Assembly (NCBI RefSeq): GCF_025526975.1
Contig: NW_026515679.1
Location: 620,001-684,000 of the forward strand
Source: Fimicolochytrium jonesii
Lineage: Eukaryota
Direction: 5' to 3'
DNA length: 64,000 bases
Shown: piece by piece, positions 39,715 to 50,692 of the stretch
Layout of the letters: each line of letters begins with the position of its first letter
How positions within the stretch are numbered: position 1 is the stretch's first letter
Program-made: the position numbers and the translations under genes
Notes under the pieces: generated by a model
Told to the model about the DNA's origin: nothing
Database searches by the model: none
What the model saw: the letters and a program-made list of their open reading frames with translations, nothing else

Positions 39715-40650
39715 ATGGTACGAAGCGCTCCCTCATTAGCGGTCGGAGAAAAGCACTCATGTCCTCAACGCACCTCATTATTCTCCCAACAGGGTAAAGC
39801 GAAGAAAACAAGGCAGTTCGGAGAGGTTAAGCGCATGTTGAGCTTGAAGGATGAGCGATTGTGAGTATCGATTGCACGCTCGCGGGGATAGGTTTTCTGC
39901 ATGGATCCGGGACGTTTACTAATTCACTTCTCGCCGCTGAACAGAAAACACAACAAGGAGAAGAAGGAGAAGAAGGAGGAGGAGAAGGAGAAGGAGCTTG
40001 TGCGCCATATGTGAGTTGGGCAGATTTGTGGGAGATTGCTGCACAGCGGTGTGCTTTGAGCCGGGACCAACGTAAGGGATGGCCGGAACCCTTTACTGAC
40101 GTGGCCTACGTACCCCACCACCAGCCCACAAGTCGCCTCCTCCCTCTTCTTCAAATATAACGAGGCCCTTGGCCCCCCTTACCACGTCCTCGTCGACACC
40201 AACTTCATCAACTTCTCGATCCAAAACAAGCTCGAACTCATCAAAGCCATGATGGACTGCCTATACGCCAAGTGCGTGCCCTGCATCACCGACTGCGTCA
40301 TGGCCGAGCTCGAGAAACTCGGCGTCAAATACCGCATTGCACTTAAAATCGCCCGTGACCCCCGGTTTGAAAGGCTGCCGTGCACGCATAAAGGCGTTTA
40401 CGCCGATGATTGTATTGTCAACCGCGTGATGCAGCATAAGTGCTATATTGTCGCGACGTGTGATAAGGAGCTGAAAAGACGGATACGCAAGATTCCTGGG
40501 GTGCCGATTATGTATATTGCGAGTAGGAAGTATGCGATTGAGAGGTTGCCGGATGTAAGTGTCGTGGTTGGTTTTGGGTTGTAGTTGGTCTCTGGAGGTA
40601 CGGCCCAATCTCACCCATACGTATCACATCGTTTGCAGACACCCGTATAG
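39715..40650 (+). CDS. FCF1: rRNA-processing PIN-domain endonuclease Fcf1/Utp24; first coding exon is the ATG alone
   Basis: ATG|intron|[76 protein letters not shown]. Confidence 0.96.
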
Positions 40651-41261
40651 TTGTGAGATGGCAGACGGCCATAGAGTTGTGGGCTTCCGTCTCGCGTTAG
40701 CGATAGGTCATAGATCTGCAGTTCCCCCTACGGCGGTCTCCAATCCAATCCATTCTATTTTCTTTTTTGGGATATCCTGTATTTATCGAAATCTTCCAGA
40801 ACCACCCATCACATTTTACATCATAAATCTATATAACGCGTTAATTATCACTGGCGTACACTTTGTGCACAAGCAACTTCATGCCTGCGTCCGCGATCAG
40901 TGTGAGTTTGTTTGTCCTCGAACTTCGAACGGGGGGACACCACGTACCGCTCGGACGTAGTTTCTATCGGCAATCCCTTGACGGTCGCGCAAAGTACGGT
41001 GCCACTTGTTTGTCATTTGTGAACTACATTCTCGGCCTTCTACATGTGCGACAGATTAACCTGTGTCATTCTGAACAAAGCCTCTCAATACGATCCTGAG
41101 GTGAGCGGGGTGTTCTTACATTACCAAGCAAGCTATGTGGATTCAGAGAATCTGAAAGAAGAACTTTGAGATTGTTACGCCTCGACGATCTGCCCGCATA
41201 ACACTCAACGCCTACCTCAATTCATATTTCTTGACAGTTCCACCCCGCGCTACCATCAGTG

Positions 41262-41670
41262 TCTTCGACATATGCCTCGAAGGACGGCTGCTCGATATAT
41301 GCCTCGACGCACGGCTGCTCAACATATGCCTCGATGCACGGCTGCTCGACATATGCCTCGACGCACAGCTGCTCGACATATGCCTCGATGCACGGCTGCT
41401 ACAAGACATATGCCTCTAGAAAGGGCTGCTCAACATATGCCTCGATGCAGGGCTGCTCGATATATGCCTCGACGCACGGCTAAACGCTGATTTCCGGTAG
41501 AGCGGGGAACTCTCAACTGCAACGGAACATGCTCGACATATGCCTCGACGCCGGGCTGGTCCGATATCTGCCACGGACCGGGGCATGCTCGACATATGCC
41601 TCGACGCCGGGCTGGTTCGATGTCTGCCACGGACCGGGGCATTGCTTGACATATGTCTCGAAGCCGGGCT
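41262..41670. repeat. Composite minisatellite: 8 x ~27-bp units, then ~2.5 x 56-bp units sharing the core TGCTCGACATATGCCTCGA
   Basis: Units read directly at 41262-41480 (one unit is 30 bp) and starting at 41528, 41584 and 41640. Confidence 0.92.
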
Positions 41671-42072
41671 TGAAAATCGCGGAGAGATGCGAATCCTGTT
41701 TGCACATGCTCGTCGGTTTGGTCCCTGATGTGGCATAGGGGGAGAAAGGTACGGACATTAGCTGGCGCGGCAAAACGGTGAAGAAGTACAGTAGCATTTG
41801 AAGTACCAGGCGAGACAAAGGTCTATTCCAAACGTTGTCAAACGCAGAAACCGTCTTGTTATGAAGAATAGTTGTGCTTGGTTGATGTTGGAAAAGTGTC
41901 GGCGAATGGGTTGGCTGATGCGCCGTCTGGTTTGGCCACTGTCGGAACGCGCTTACGTATGCCAATTCCACTCCACTCCGCTATTTGACAGCAGCTTCTC
42001 AGTGTCGTGTTTTGCTGGCCCAAACGGGCCCATGAGGCATAGGACTGAATGAAGGCATATAGTTGAGAAGAC

Positions 42073-43620
42073 GTGCCATCCGTGCCTTGTGTGATCCGAA
42101 CAGCGAAATCCATAATATTTTTCTGTTGGGGTCGTACAAGGAAAGGACTGCACGCAACACAACAACCGCCAGCATCGAGATATCAACATGCAGATCATCA
42201 GAGTATCGAGAACTACATTGGACGCTGGGTTGATAACGCCGTCAAGGCATCGAACGATTACAAGGATATCAAGAGCAATGTGATGAGCCAGGCGAGCCGC
42301 TTTGGATTCCAAGCGCATCTAGCGGCGCCGGCATTTAAGACCTACCTGGATTCTTTGTGGCCTAATACAGGAAGGCTTGAGGAACTACGACAGGAGCATT
42401 TGCTGCGTACGGGTCACGGAAAGAAGGTAGTGTGGCTTGATCTTCGCTGATGCGTTGAGGTGCGGTAGGGACAATGTGTCGGTGCGTGGTATTGACGGTG
42501 TTGCATTTAGCGCCAGGAGCAGACGGCGAAGAGCAATCGCGTGCATAAGCAGAAAGAGGTCCAGATCGAGCTGTCCGCCAGTCGCCTGACGAGAACTGCC
42601 CTGCTACAGTCTCTTCAGAAAGGCCTAATTGATGAGAATTTGCTGAAGGCCTCACTGCGGGCCTCGGACTCTGGCACAATGGACGAGACCAGGGCTCGGC
42701 GCAGGTATGAAGCGATAGATGTTGAGACTCTTTGGAAGGCGGGGCGAGAATGAGAAAGTTGCGCAATGTGACTTCTAAGTCAACACGGTTCTGCGATTCG
42801 TGAAAAGGCCAACGCCCGAGGCGCCGCTCGACGAGGAACGGCCGCCCACCCTTAGCGGAACCGCCAGTCGTGACAGTCAACACAGCAATGATAGCGTAGA
42901 TTCCTCGGCCTATACTCCAGATGGGCAGCCAGAGAAGCGCAAGAGACGAAGGACTATGACGGTGAACGAGTCGGCATTGCAAATACTGAACGAAGCATTG
43001 ACCACTACGGAGCGAAAAGCGCGCCTTTTTGCGGCAAACAATTGCGGAGTTTTCAATCGACGCGATCGAAAGGGGTTCACCGATGAGCACGGCTGCGAAC
43101 GATATGATACTACAGACCTCCAATGCCTATGCAACTTATTCTTAGACTATGAATATCAGCTCCCTTGGCATCGGAACCGTGTTCCTCCAGCAGTGTACAC
43201 CCCGAAGAACCTCCTCTTCCTCATGAAGGATATCCGCGCCGCCGGGGCCCATTCCAAATCAATCAACCGTCAACGAGCACTGATGCTAATCGCCCAGATG
43301 AAAGAGTTTTTGATGATGCTGGGTGAGAATTTGTCGCTCGATCTGTTTCCCACTTTCGAACCAGCTCCTGACGGTGTTGCCACTGTCATGCTTAAACAGA
43401 TGCCGACGCGGCGGAGATCGACCAGTTGTGGTCTGATGCGGAGGCGCTGGACCCGGTGGAAGGAAACTCTCGCGGAGCGCAAAGCCCGCGCGCCCGATGC
43501 CGCAAACTCGAGCCGTTTGCCGACCCGAATATCCTGAAAGCCTTTGCCGACGCGGTGGTGGAAAGGTTGAACGAAGAAAGGAAGGAAACGCACGGAGACC
43601 TGCCGAAACCATCCAAAAAG
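42073..43620 (+). CDS. Hypothetical multi-exon protein with a Swt1-like HEPN domain (ends uncertain)
   Basis: Phase-compatible introns 42427-42510, 42705-42807 and 43323-43399 join four ORF pieces; DLQCLCNLF...KNLLFLMKDIRAAGAH...RALMLIAQMKEFL contains an RxxxxH motif. Confidence 0.5.
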
Positions 43621-44699
43621 TAAGTCAGCGCCTCCCTCACGCACGCATGGAAAAACAACCGCAAATTTGCTCTCGGCATGTCGTAGGGCTTCGTCGGTCT
43701 GGACATGTTGCGAAGCGAGGCTGTTTATTCGGGCGTGCGTTTGGTGGCGGGGCACCTGTTTGGCCATGGCTTCGTTTTCCTTGTCAATTGTGAACTAACG
43801 GCTGGTTTCAAGGTCGAAACTAGCGAAAGATTAGTTGCAATCAGCAAGGCGGACGGAGGCACGGCCATGCGGGTAAATAGGAGTATGTTTTGGGATTGAC
43901 GAGAATGTTTGGAATGCGGGATTGAACCTCCCTTCTGGAGAAGGAATGAGAATGTCAATCACCCTCAAGCCCGACCGTAGCACATACCTTTGTACAGTAT
44001 CATGAAACGAGTCGCAGACCACCTCCTCCGGATTCGGTTCGAATTTTACGGAGTTTCCGGGTCCGTTACCCAAGGCGCTTCAATACCTCGTTCTATAAGT
44101 CTGTCAAGTGACTTGACCGGCCAGCGGACAGCTTCTAACTTGGCTCCAACACGTCGACATCCGGCGGACCTGGACACGCTCAAACATCGGCCGTCTCACA
44201 AAAGGATGTAGCACACACGGATGACCCGCCGGACGGTTGAGTCCAGGTCTCCCATACTCTTGGAGATCATTTTGTGTTGGCAGGCACCAATTCCGCTAGG
44301 AGGACGTGCATGCCTCAACCCTAACCCTAGCCCTCTAAACTTCACTTGAGCGGGTTGTTAGATGTAGCAGATCCTGTCGGGATGAGCCATCGTCCCACCT
44401 ATAGACTTTTCGTTCTCACTCAGGCAATTGGTCAGAGCCATAGCAGAGGGTGCATCTACGAGAGGAAGAACGGTAAAAATCCTGATGCAGAAAGCGTCTA
44501 GCAGCGCTTGTCGCTGTGGGTGGGGGAATGAAGCCGAGATCGTGACAATTGTCTACGTAAACTCTCTTGGATTGCCTCCAGCAAAAGGACCTTCATTCTT
44601 TCCTTGAATCCAACTCTCGTGCAAATCTGTGTCTATGACTCTGCGCTATGCACGCCGACGAAGTCACCCACCCTTCAAAGTTTGCATTTGTTGTGCTGT

Positions 44700-45491
44700 T
44701 CTAGCAGCCCTTCTTGGTTCTAACTGTTCCCGGTCTAACGGTGTAGCCCAACTGTGTCGCAACAGCCTAACACCCCCACGATGCTTCTTGATGGCAGAAT
44801 ACACCGTTTGTTTGCCTTTGGAACGCATCTCCGACAGGGTTGGCGTCACACGATCCAAGCCATGTTCAGCCATTACATCTTCCAACGCAGCCTTGATGTT
44901 TTCGAAAGACTTCCAGTCTGCAATAAAATGGCAGGTCAGACAAAATCGAAGTCCAGGAAAGATTGGGCACTTACAATCATCGGGCATCGTAAGCCGCTTA
45001 TAATTCAAGGAGCAATATATTGCCGCTCGATGGAAGGCGTTGATGGTGCCCGGCTCTTTAGTCTTGAAGACACGTGAGATGTAGTTAATGAGCGTCTCGT
45101 TCTCACCGGGGCCCTTGCGGAGCTCCCCTTTCGTCGGCATGACATTTTGCCGATCGAGTCCAAGTGAACCAACAAACTCGAGCAGTTTCAATTTCACGTA
45201 GTCCTTTGTCCAAAGTCTACCCCCAATCTTCTCGACAGTCGGTCTTTCACTTTCCTCCTCACAAGATGGATCCGCTTCTGCCGCGCGAGCCTGTGCCATT
45301 GCGGGCATCGCAAGCACTGCTTGATGTCTCCGTGTTTGGCGTACTTGTGTCCAAAGGGGAGCTGGTGCCAGGGAAAGACTTTTGGCACATTCCTCCATGC
45401 CGCCATGATAGTCTAAAATCGCCTTATAGAGAGATTCATTCAGAAGGTGAGGTCCTGGCATTACTGTCCGGTCCAGCATCTTTTCAGGCAT
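44700..45491 (-). pseudogene. Protein with three helical repeats (YW..N...MPT..EL...L..AI...GG...A..LG); one intron and a probable frameshift
   Basis: Removing the in-frame intron 44918-44974 yields MPDDYWKSFENI. The last repeat continues as AVATQLGY only after a 1-nt shift near 44767. Confidence 0.55.
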
Positions 45492-46591
45492 GAGTGAGAC
45501 CAGCTGACTCCGAAGCCCACTCCGCCATGTTTCTAGCGACGTTGAGGTACGGTGCCGATGTGAAGGCAGCGAATGGGAGTGTGAATGGGCTCTGAATCTA
45601 AGCGAGTTCGCGGCAGTCGACGGTTCAAGTCCTGCCTGAGCGGGGTCCCGTTTGCCATCGAGGAGGAGCGGCGAGATTGCGGGGGATTGGCAAATGAGAG
45701 GGGAGCGGAGGAGTGAGCGACGTTTGACATTGACATTGACGTTGACATTGACAGCTGTCAGTGTGCTGTCGTGAGGTACATATGCTTATGGTATGGACGC
45801 GTCGTCCATAACACTTTGTTCAATAACGACTCTTGAAACGTTGCGAATCCAATCATAGCGGATGAACAATGCCAAGATATTGAGCGCCTAAACAAATGCG
45901 TAGCCGGGCGAAGTGAACTGTAAACTGTAAATTGACATACCACCAAACCAACTACTTACGTAGAAATCATCCGGGTTGAATTTCAAGGACCGGCCGTGCG
46001 TTTTTGAGGCACGGTATGGTCTTCTACTTTTGCCATATCCAGACCCATCGGGAGCCTCCTGTTGGGACACGTAATTTGCTCCTCCGCTTTTTTTCTCGTG
46101 TTGAGCTCTTCGCAGGCGCCCGCTGAAGAGCGCGAGATAAGGAGAATTGATTCCGACATTTTACGTGATCAAATGAGGCTTTTCAAAAACTTCTGCGCGT
46201 AACGCGTTATTCGATCAAATGCTGCGCCCAATACCCCACTAGCGAAGCCCCCCTCCCGAGGCTCCGAGAGGTGTGGATAAAAGTTTAGGCTATCGGCGAT
46301 CGAACGAGGCTTTGCAGAAACTTTTGCGCGACACACAAAATTCACGGACACCGTAAACTTCTCGTTGGGGCTGACTCGGAAACAGTGGGCCCGGGAGTGG
46401 GTAAAAATGTGCTTCGTGGAAGGTTTTCACTACATAACTGGGCCCTGGCGCTGGGCGTCTATCGTGGTCTAAAACCAGCGCTTTGCCGTTTGGAGTGAGT
46501 GGATTGGTAAGGACTACCTGCGAACGTTTGATGGCCTTGGGAGGCATGAAGCTGCTGCTGGTGAGGCTCGCAGATTGTAGGACCCTTCTAG

Positions 46592-46599
46592 TATAAATA
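46592..46599 (+). promoter_or_regulatory. Putative TATA box of the ABM-domain gene
   Basis: TATAAATA about 150 bp upstream of ATG 46744. Confidence 0.4.
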
Positions 46600-46743
46600 G
46601 GCAGGCGGATCTCGCCAGAATCCCGACCACCCACCTGCCATCCAATGCGCCTAACCAACGAAACATCCAATTCAAAACATCCACCAGCCAACGAAGCATC
46701 CGAAACATCCACAAGACCACCAAACCAGCACACCCGACCCAAA

Positions 46744-47067
46744 ATGCTGACCATCCACTGCACCCTCCGCGCCCGTCCTGAGAACACCGCGGACCTCTCC
46801 GCACGCCTCGCAATCGCCTCACAAACCTACATGCGCGATGCCGGGACATTGTCCTGGACAGTGCACCAAAGCACCAGCGATTTGACCGCGTTCATGATCG
46901 TCGAGATGTTTGCCGACGAGGCGGCCAAGGCCGTGCATGAGGCCAACCCGTATTTCAAGGAACATAACGCGATTGTTAAGCCGTGGTTGGTGGGGTTTGA
47001 GGTGTCGCTTTGGAGGAGTTTGGAGGGGGGGTATGTGCCTGTTGAGCCTGTTGAGCTGAAGAAGTAA
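46744..47067 (+). CDS. Antibiotic biosynthesis monooxygenase (ABM/Dabb) domain protein, intronless
   Basis: 107 aa; GTLSWTVHQS...AFMIVEMFADEAAKAVHEANPYFK fits the ABM dimeric alpha-beta barrel pattern. Confidence 0.8.
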   Translation: MLTIHCTLRARPENTADLSARLAIASQTYMRDAGTLSWTVHQSTSDLTAFMIVEMFADEAAKAVHEANPYFKEHNAIVKPWLVGFEVSLWRSLEGGYVPVEPVELKK

Positions 47068-47299
47068 CGATGTACCGGGGGAAGTAGTAGAGAGGTTGAG
47101 GTCACCTTCCGAGCGGTAAACAGGCGCATCCTTGGAAAATCTTCGAACAGCAACATACATATATTGAGATAGATGTAGCACTTTATGCAATAGGACTGCT
47201 TCCAGGTGTTTCATCTCTAAACACCACAATCCTCTTCTATTGTATCATATCTTAAGTTTCCATTCTACGCTTACTCTTCTGTATGTTTTCTTGTGCATA

Positions 47300-47720
47300 A
47301 CCAATAGAGCCAGACGGTGCATTGCAGGTGGAAGGAATCCCAAGCGCTGGCTGGGTGGGTTCGCCCACGTACAACCTCTTTCCCTCGAGAGTAACCCCTA
47401 TCCAGCGGGTTGCAGCATCGCCTCGGCTCCACCTGTCAAACGTCGGCTCCTGACGCACAAGCGGTTCCCGGGACTTGCGGAAGCCCTCAGCAGGAGGCTT
47501 GAAACGCAGGACGCTCGACGGGTCATCTTTCTTCGCCGTGGCCAAAGTGACAATGATGCATCTGCCCCGCACTCCCTCCCTCTCAACGTTTTGATTGCGG
47601 GTTCCACATCGTCGGAGCTCTCGAGATACATGAAGCAATAGCCAGGGTTCCGACCTGTCAAGGGGCCCGTGGACATGGAAACGGAAGGGATGCACGACGA
47701 GCAGGTTCGCAATCTCTCTG
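47300..47720 (-). pseudogene. Relic of an RRM RNA-binding protein
   Basis: SMSTGPLTGRNPGYCFMYL (RNP1-like) in one frame, then PTFDRWSRGDAATRW...GKRLYVG (RNP2-like start of a second RRM) in another. Confidence 0.55.
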
Positions 47721-48667
47721 GCTTGAACGGCGTTGTAACGTCAGAGGAAACGTCGACGATAATGGGCCCTTCCGTAAGGGCTGAAAACAGTGTATTGGAG
47801 TTAAGAGAAAAGTAAGAAGCTCCTTTGCAGCGGCCGCTCGACTGACAGCTTTATATACGGCTTGGCGCCTTATGTAATGTATCACCGAGAGCTCGGGTGG
47901 CCAGCTCGGGTCTCGGATCGTGTAGAAGTAAAGAAATATAATATGAAATACAAGTGAACATGAGATATCCCCGACAACGCATCCCGATACCTACGAACTC
48001 GATTTATCACCATCGAAGATCAGCGGCATCTGGCCTGTCTTTCACGTCGATATTTTACGACCACATCGCGAAGAGGGGGTAGGTGGGTCGTTGAAATGTA
48101 TTTGGGGACCACCGATTTGACAGCAACACAAATCTCGAGGCACTGGATAGATAGTACGTGCTCATGCACATCTCATCCTTCGCTTCCCAGCGCCTGCATA
48201 CATCTATTATTGGAAGCGGCTTCATATAGTGGGTCCCCAAAAGAGCAGTTACGCGCGGGTGTAGCTGGTTATGTGGCACCATGAAAGTCACTGACCCCTC
48301 TCCCCAGCAACTTGCTACGGAGGGGACCCACTGTACACTATGGAAATCTCAAGGTCTCCTTGGTGAGAGTCGGTGCATGTCCTTGTCTATTGGGACGATA
48401 TAGGCGAAATAGGACGATATAGGGATACCCACCGTGGCGCGATCCTTGTAATACATAGAGCATTCCTGGACGTGGGGCGAGTGGCTTGGCGCTGTCAGTG
48501 AGGTTTTGGAGTGCGTGTTGCCTGATGAGGGCTCGCTGTGGCGGTGGTTGCTGACAGACGGCCTACGCAAGCATCTCCTCATCCCCACCCACTTACGCTA
48601 TTCCCACAGGCTGCAAACGTAAGACAACACAACCCCCCCCCCCCCCCCGCCGCAACTCTTCTCATAA

Positions 48668-50207
48668 TGAACGCGTACTCGCAAGAGGGAAGCCAGCCTC
48701 AAGATCAAGCCGGCGCTCTGCCCGCTGCCCCCTCCGCTGTCCCGACACAAGAGCAACCCCATCGAGACGTGGGTGTGACGGATGCGCATCATGACGATGC
48801 TGCTCATCACACACATGGCCATCAGCATCAAGATCACCCACAACAGCAACAACACCCCGCCCAAGGCCACCAAGAGCCCAACCTGACTGCAGGTCAACAG
48901 GATCACCACGCCATCGAAATAAGTCATGGCCCCTCCGGCGCCACCTCAGGCGCACACCTAGCCAAGCGCGAAGATGGCGGCGCCCACATCCTCGGCGTCG
49001 CCGGCAGCAACAACGTCCCCACCGACGACGAGTTATACGACGAAGTCGATTCTCGCCTCCCCGGCGGCGGCAAATCTTCCTCCGCCCGCGTAACAGCCCG
49101 CCGGGCCCAACAAAACCGCGAAGCGCAACGCAGTTTCCGCGAACGCCGCAAAAACTACATCAAAACCCTCGAAGAGAAATGCCAGAACATGGCGCAGAAG
49201 GAGGCGCTATTGGCCAAAACGGACCAGCAGTGTCGTGAGTTTCAGATGATTGTTGATCGGTTGGGCGCTGAGAGGGACGTGTGGGTTAGGGAACGTGAGT
49301 TGTGGTGGAGGGAGCGCGAGGAGATATATAGGGCTGTGGAGGCGTTAAGGGTCGAGGTGAGGCAAAGTCAGACGGAGAATAGGCGGTTGAGGGAGATGGC
49401 GTGGACGCTGTGGAATGATGTGGGGAGTCGCACGGGGTTGCGGAAGGCCGGTGATGACTCTACAATCAACAAAGATGGCAAAGCGGGTGCCAATGACGGG
49501 GGTGCATCTGCATCAAAGACCCGCGAGGAAACCGCCCTGCCCACCAACCCGCCCCTCCTCCTCACCTCCCAACCCGCGGACACAGAGACAGAGAAAGCAC
49601 CCTCTCGCCCGCTCTCACCCACCGACATCGCGCACGACCTACTCGCCCTCTCTCGTGCGGCATCGCCCATCCCACGCCCCGACCACTCCGCAACACCGCC
49701 TACGGGAGACGGCTCCACTTTGTCCGGAAACACGCTGGATGACCTGAAGACCCGCATGTCGTTTTGGGATGCAGAGAGAGAGAATCTGTATCGGGCGGCT
49801 AGTGAGCGGGAGAGGGAGATAATTTTGTCGACGTTGGTATGTTTTAACATCTTTCTTGACGTTTTCCGCAATATACCGAACCCCTCACCCACATGTTCCC
49901 TCTCCTCATATAGATTCCAAACACACAAACACCCGCCCAACCCACCCCACTAAACAGCGCCACCACAAACCTCACAGCTATCAACGCCGCGCAACTCTTC
50001 GCCCGCATGGCCGCCGGGATATTCAACGACCAGCAACAGCATCAGGCTCAACTCGAACAACAGCAACAGCAACAACAACAACAACAGCAACAGCAGCAGG
50101 TTCAGAATGCCGTGGGTGCGACCGGGGCTGCACACGAACCTGACGCGATGAGGCAGGAGAATGTGGGGGAGAAGGAGAGGGTTGAGGCGCCGATGACGGA
50201 GGTGTGA
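48668..50207 (+). CDS. bZIP (AP-1/Yap-type basic region) transcription factor with polyQ tail; 2 exons
   Basis: RRAQQNREAQRSFRERRKNYIKTLEEK followed by a coiled coil; CAA/CAG tract at about 50032-50099. Confidence 0.88.
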
Positions 50208-50692
50208 GCGGAGGGATGTGGTTGGGACATGTGGGTTTAATGCGTGCGGATGTTTGCACGTGGGGTATTATTCGCCGTTGTCCTGATGGGAGACTGCGTG
50301 ATAGTTCCCTCGACTGTCGTTTGTGTTGGCATTTCTCGTCGAGTTTGTATAGTGGATCCCTTGAATACATGCGTTTTTTTTCCGGCGATTTCTGTTTAGG
50401 CTTTGAGCCTCTCCGATACGATCTGTGGAATCGATAACTTGGATGGACATGCATGTGCTGTTCACAGGGCGTGTGGTTTGTGAGCGGGAGTTCGCAGGGG
50501 AACTTGAAGTCTCACGCGTCGAGCACGTCGGCCGCACTTGGCCGCAGCTGCTCGGTTTCCGCGATGTCCTCCTCCTTTTTGACTTCAACTTTCAAGTGGT
50601 AACATCAGTACCGCAGGGCATGTTTACAATAACAAGCCCTTGGTTTGGAATCTTGCCTATTTCTTCTTACCGTCGAAACCAATAAGGAAATA

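Noticed and set aside
41262..41670. CRISPR-like array next to a HEPN-like gene
   Set aside because: Units are contiguous with no unique spacers, the context is eukaryotic, and no cas genes are present. It is a minisatellite.
41212..41738. Repetitive ORFs on both strands (e.g. ICLDARLLD repeats)
   Set aside because: They are a by-product of the 27-bp (multiple of 3) tandem repeat.
45723..45752. (TTGACA)n run resembling bacterial -35 boxes
   Set aside because: It is a simple hexamer microsatellite in a eukaryotic context.
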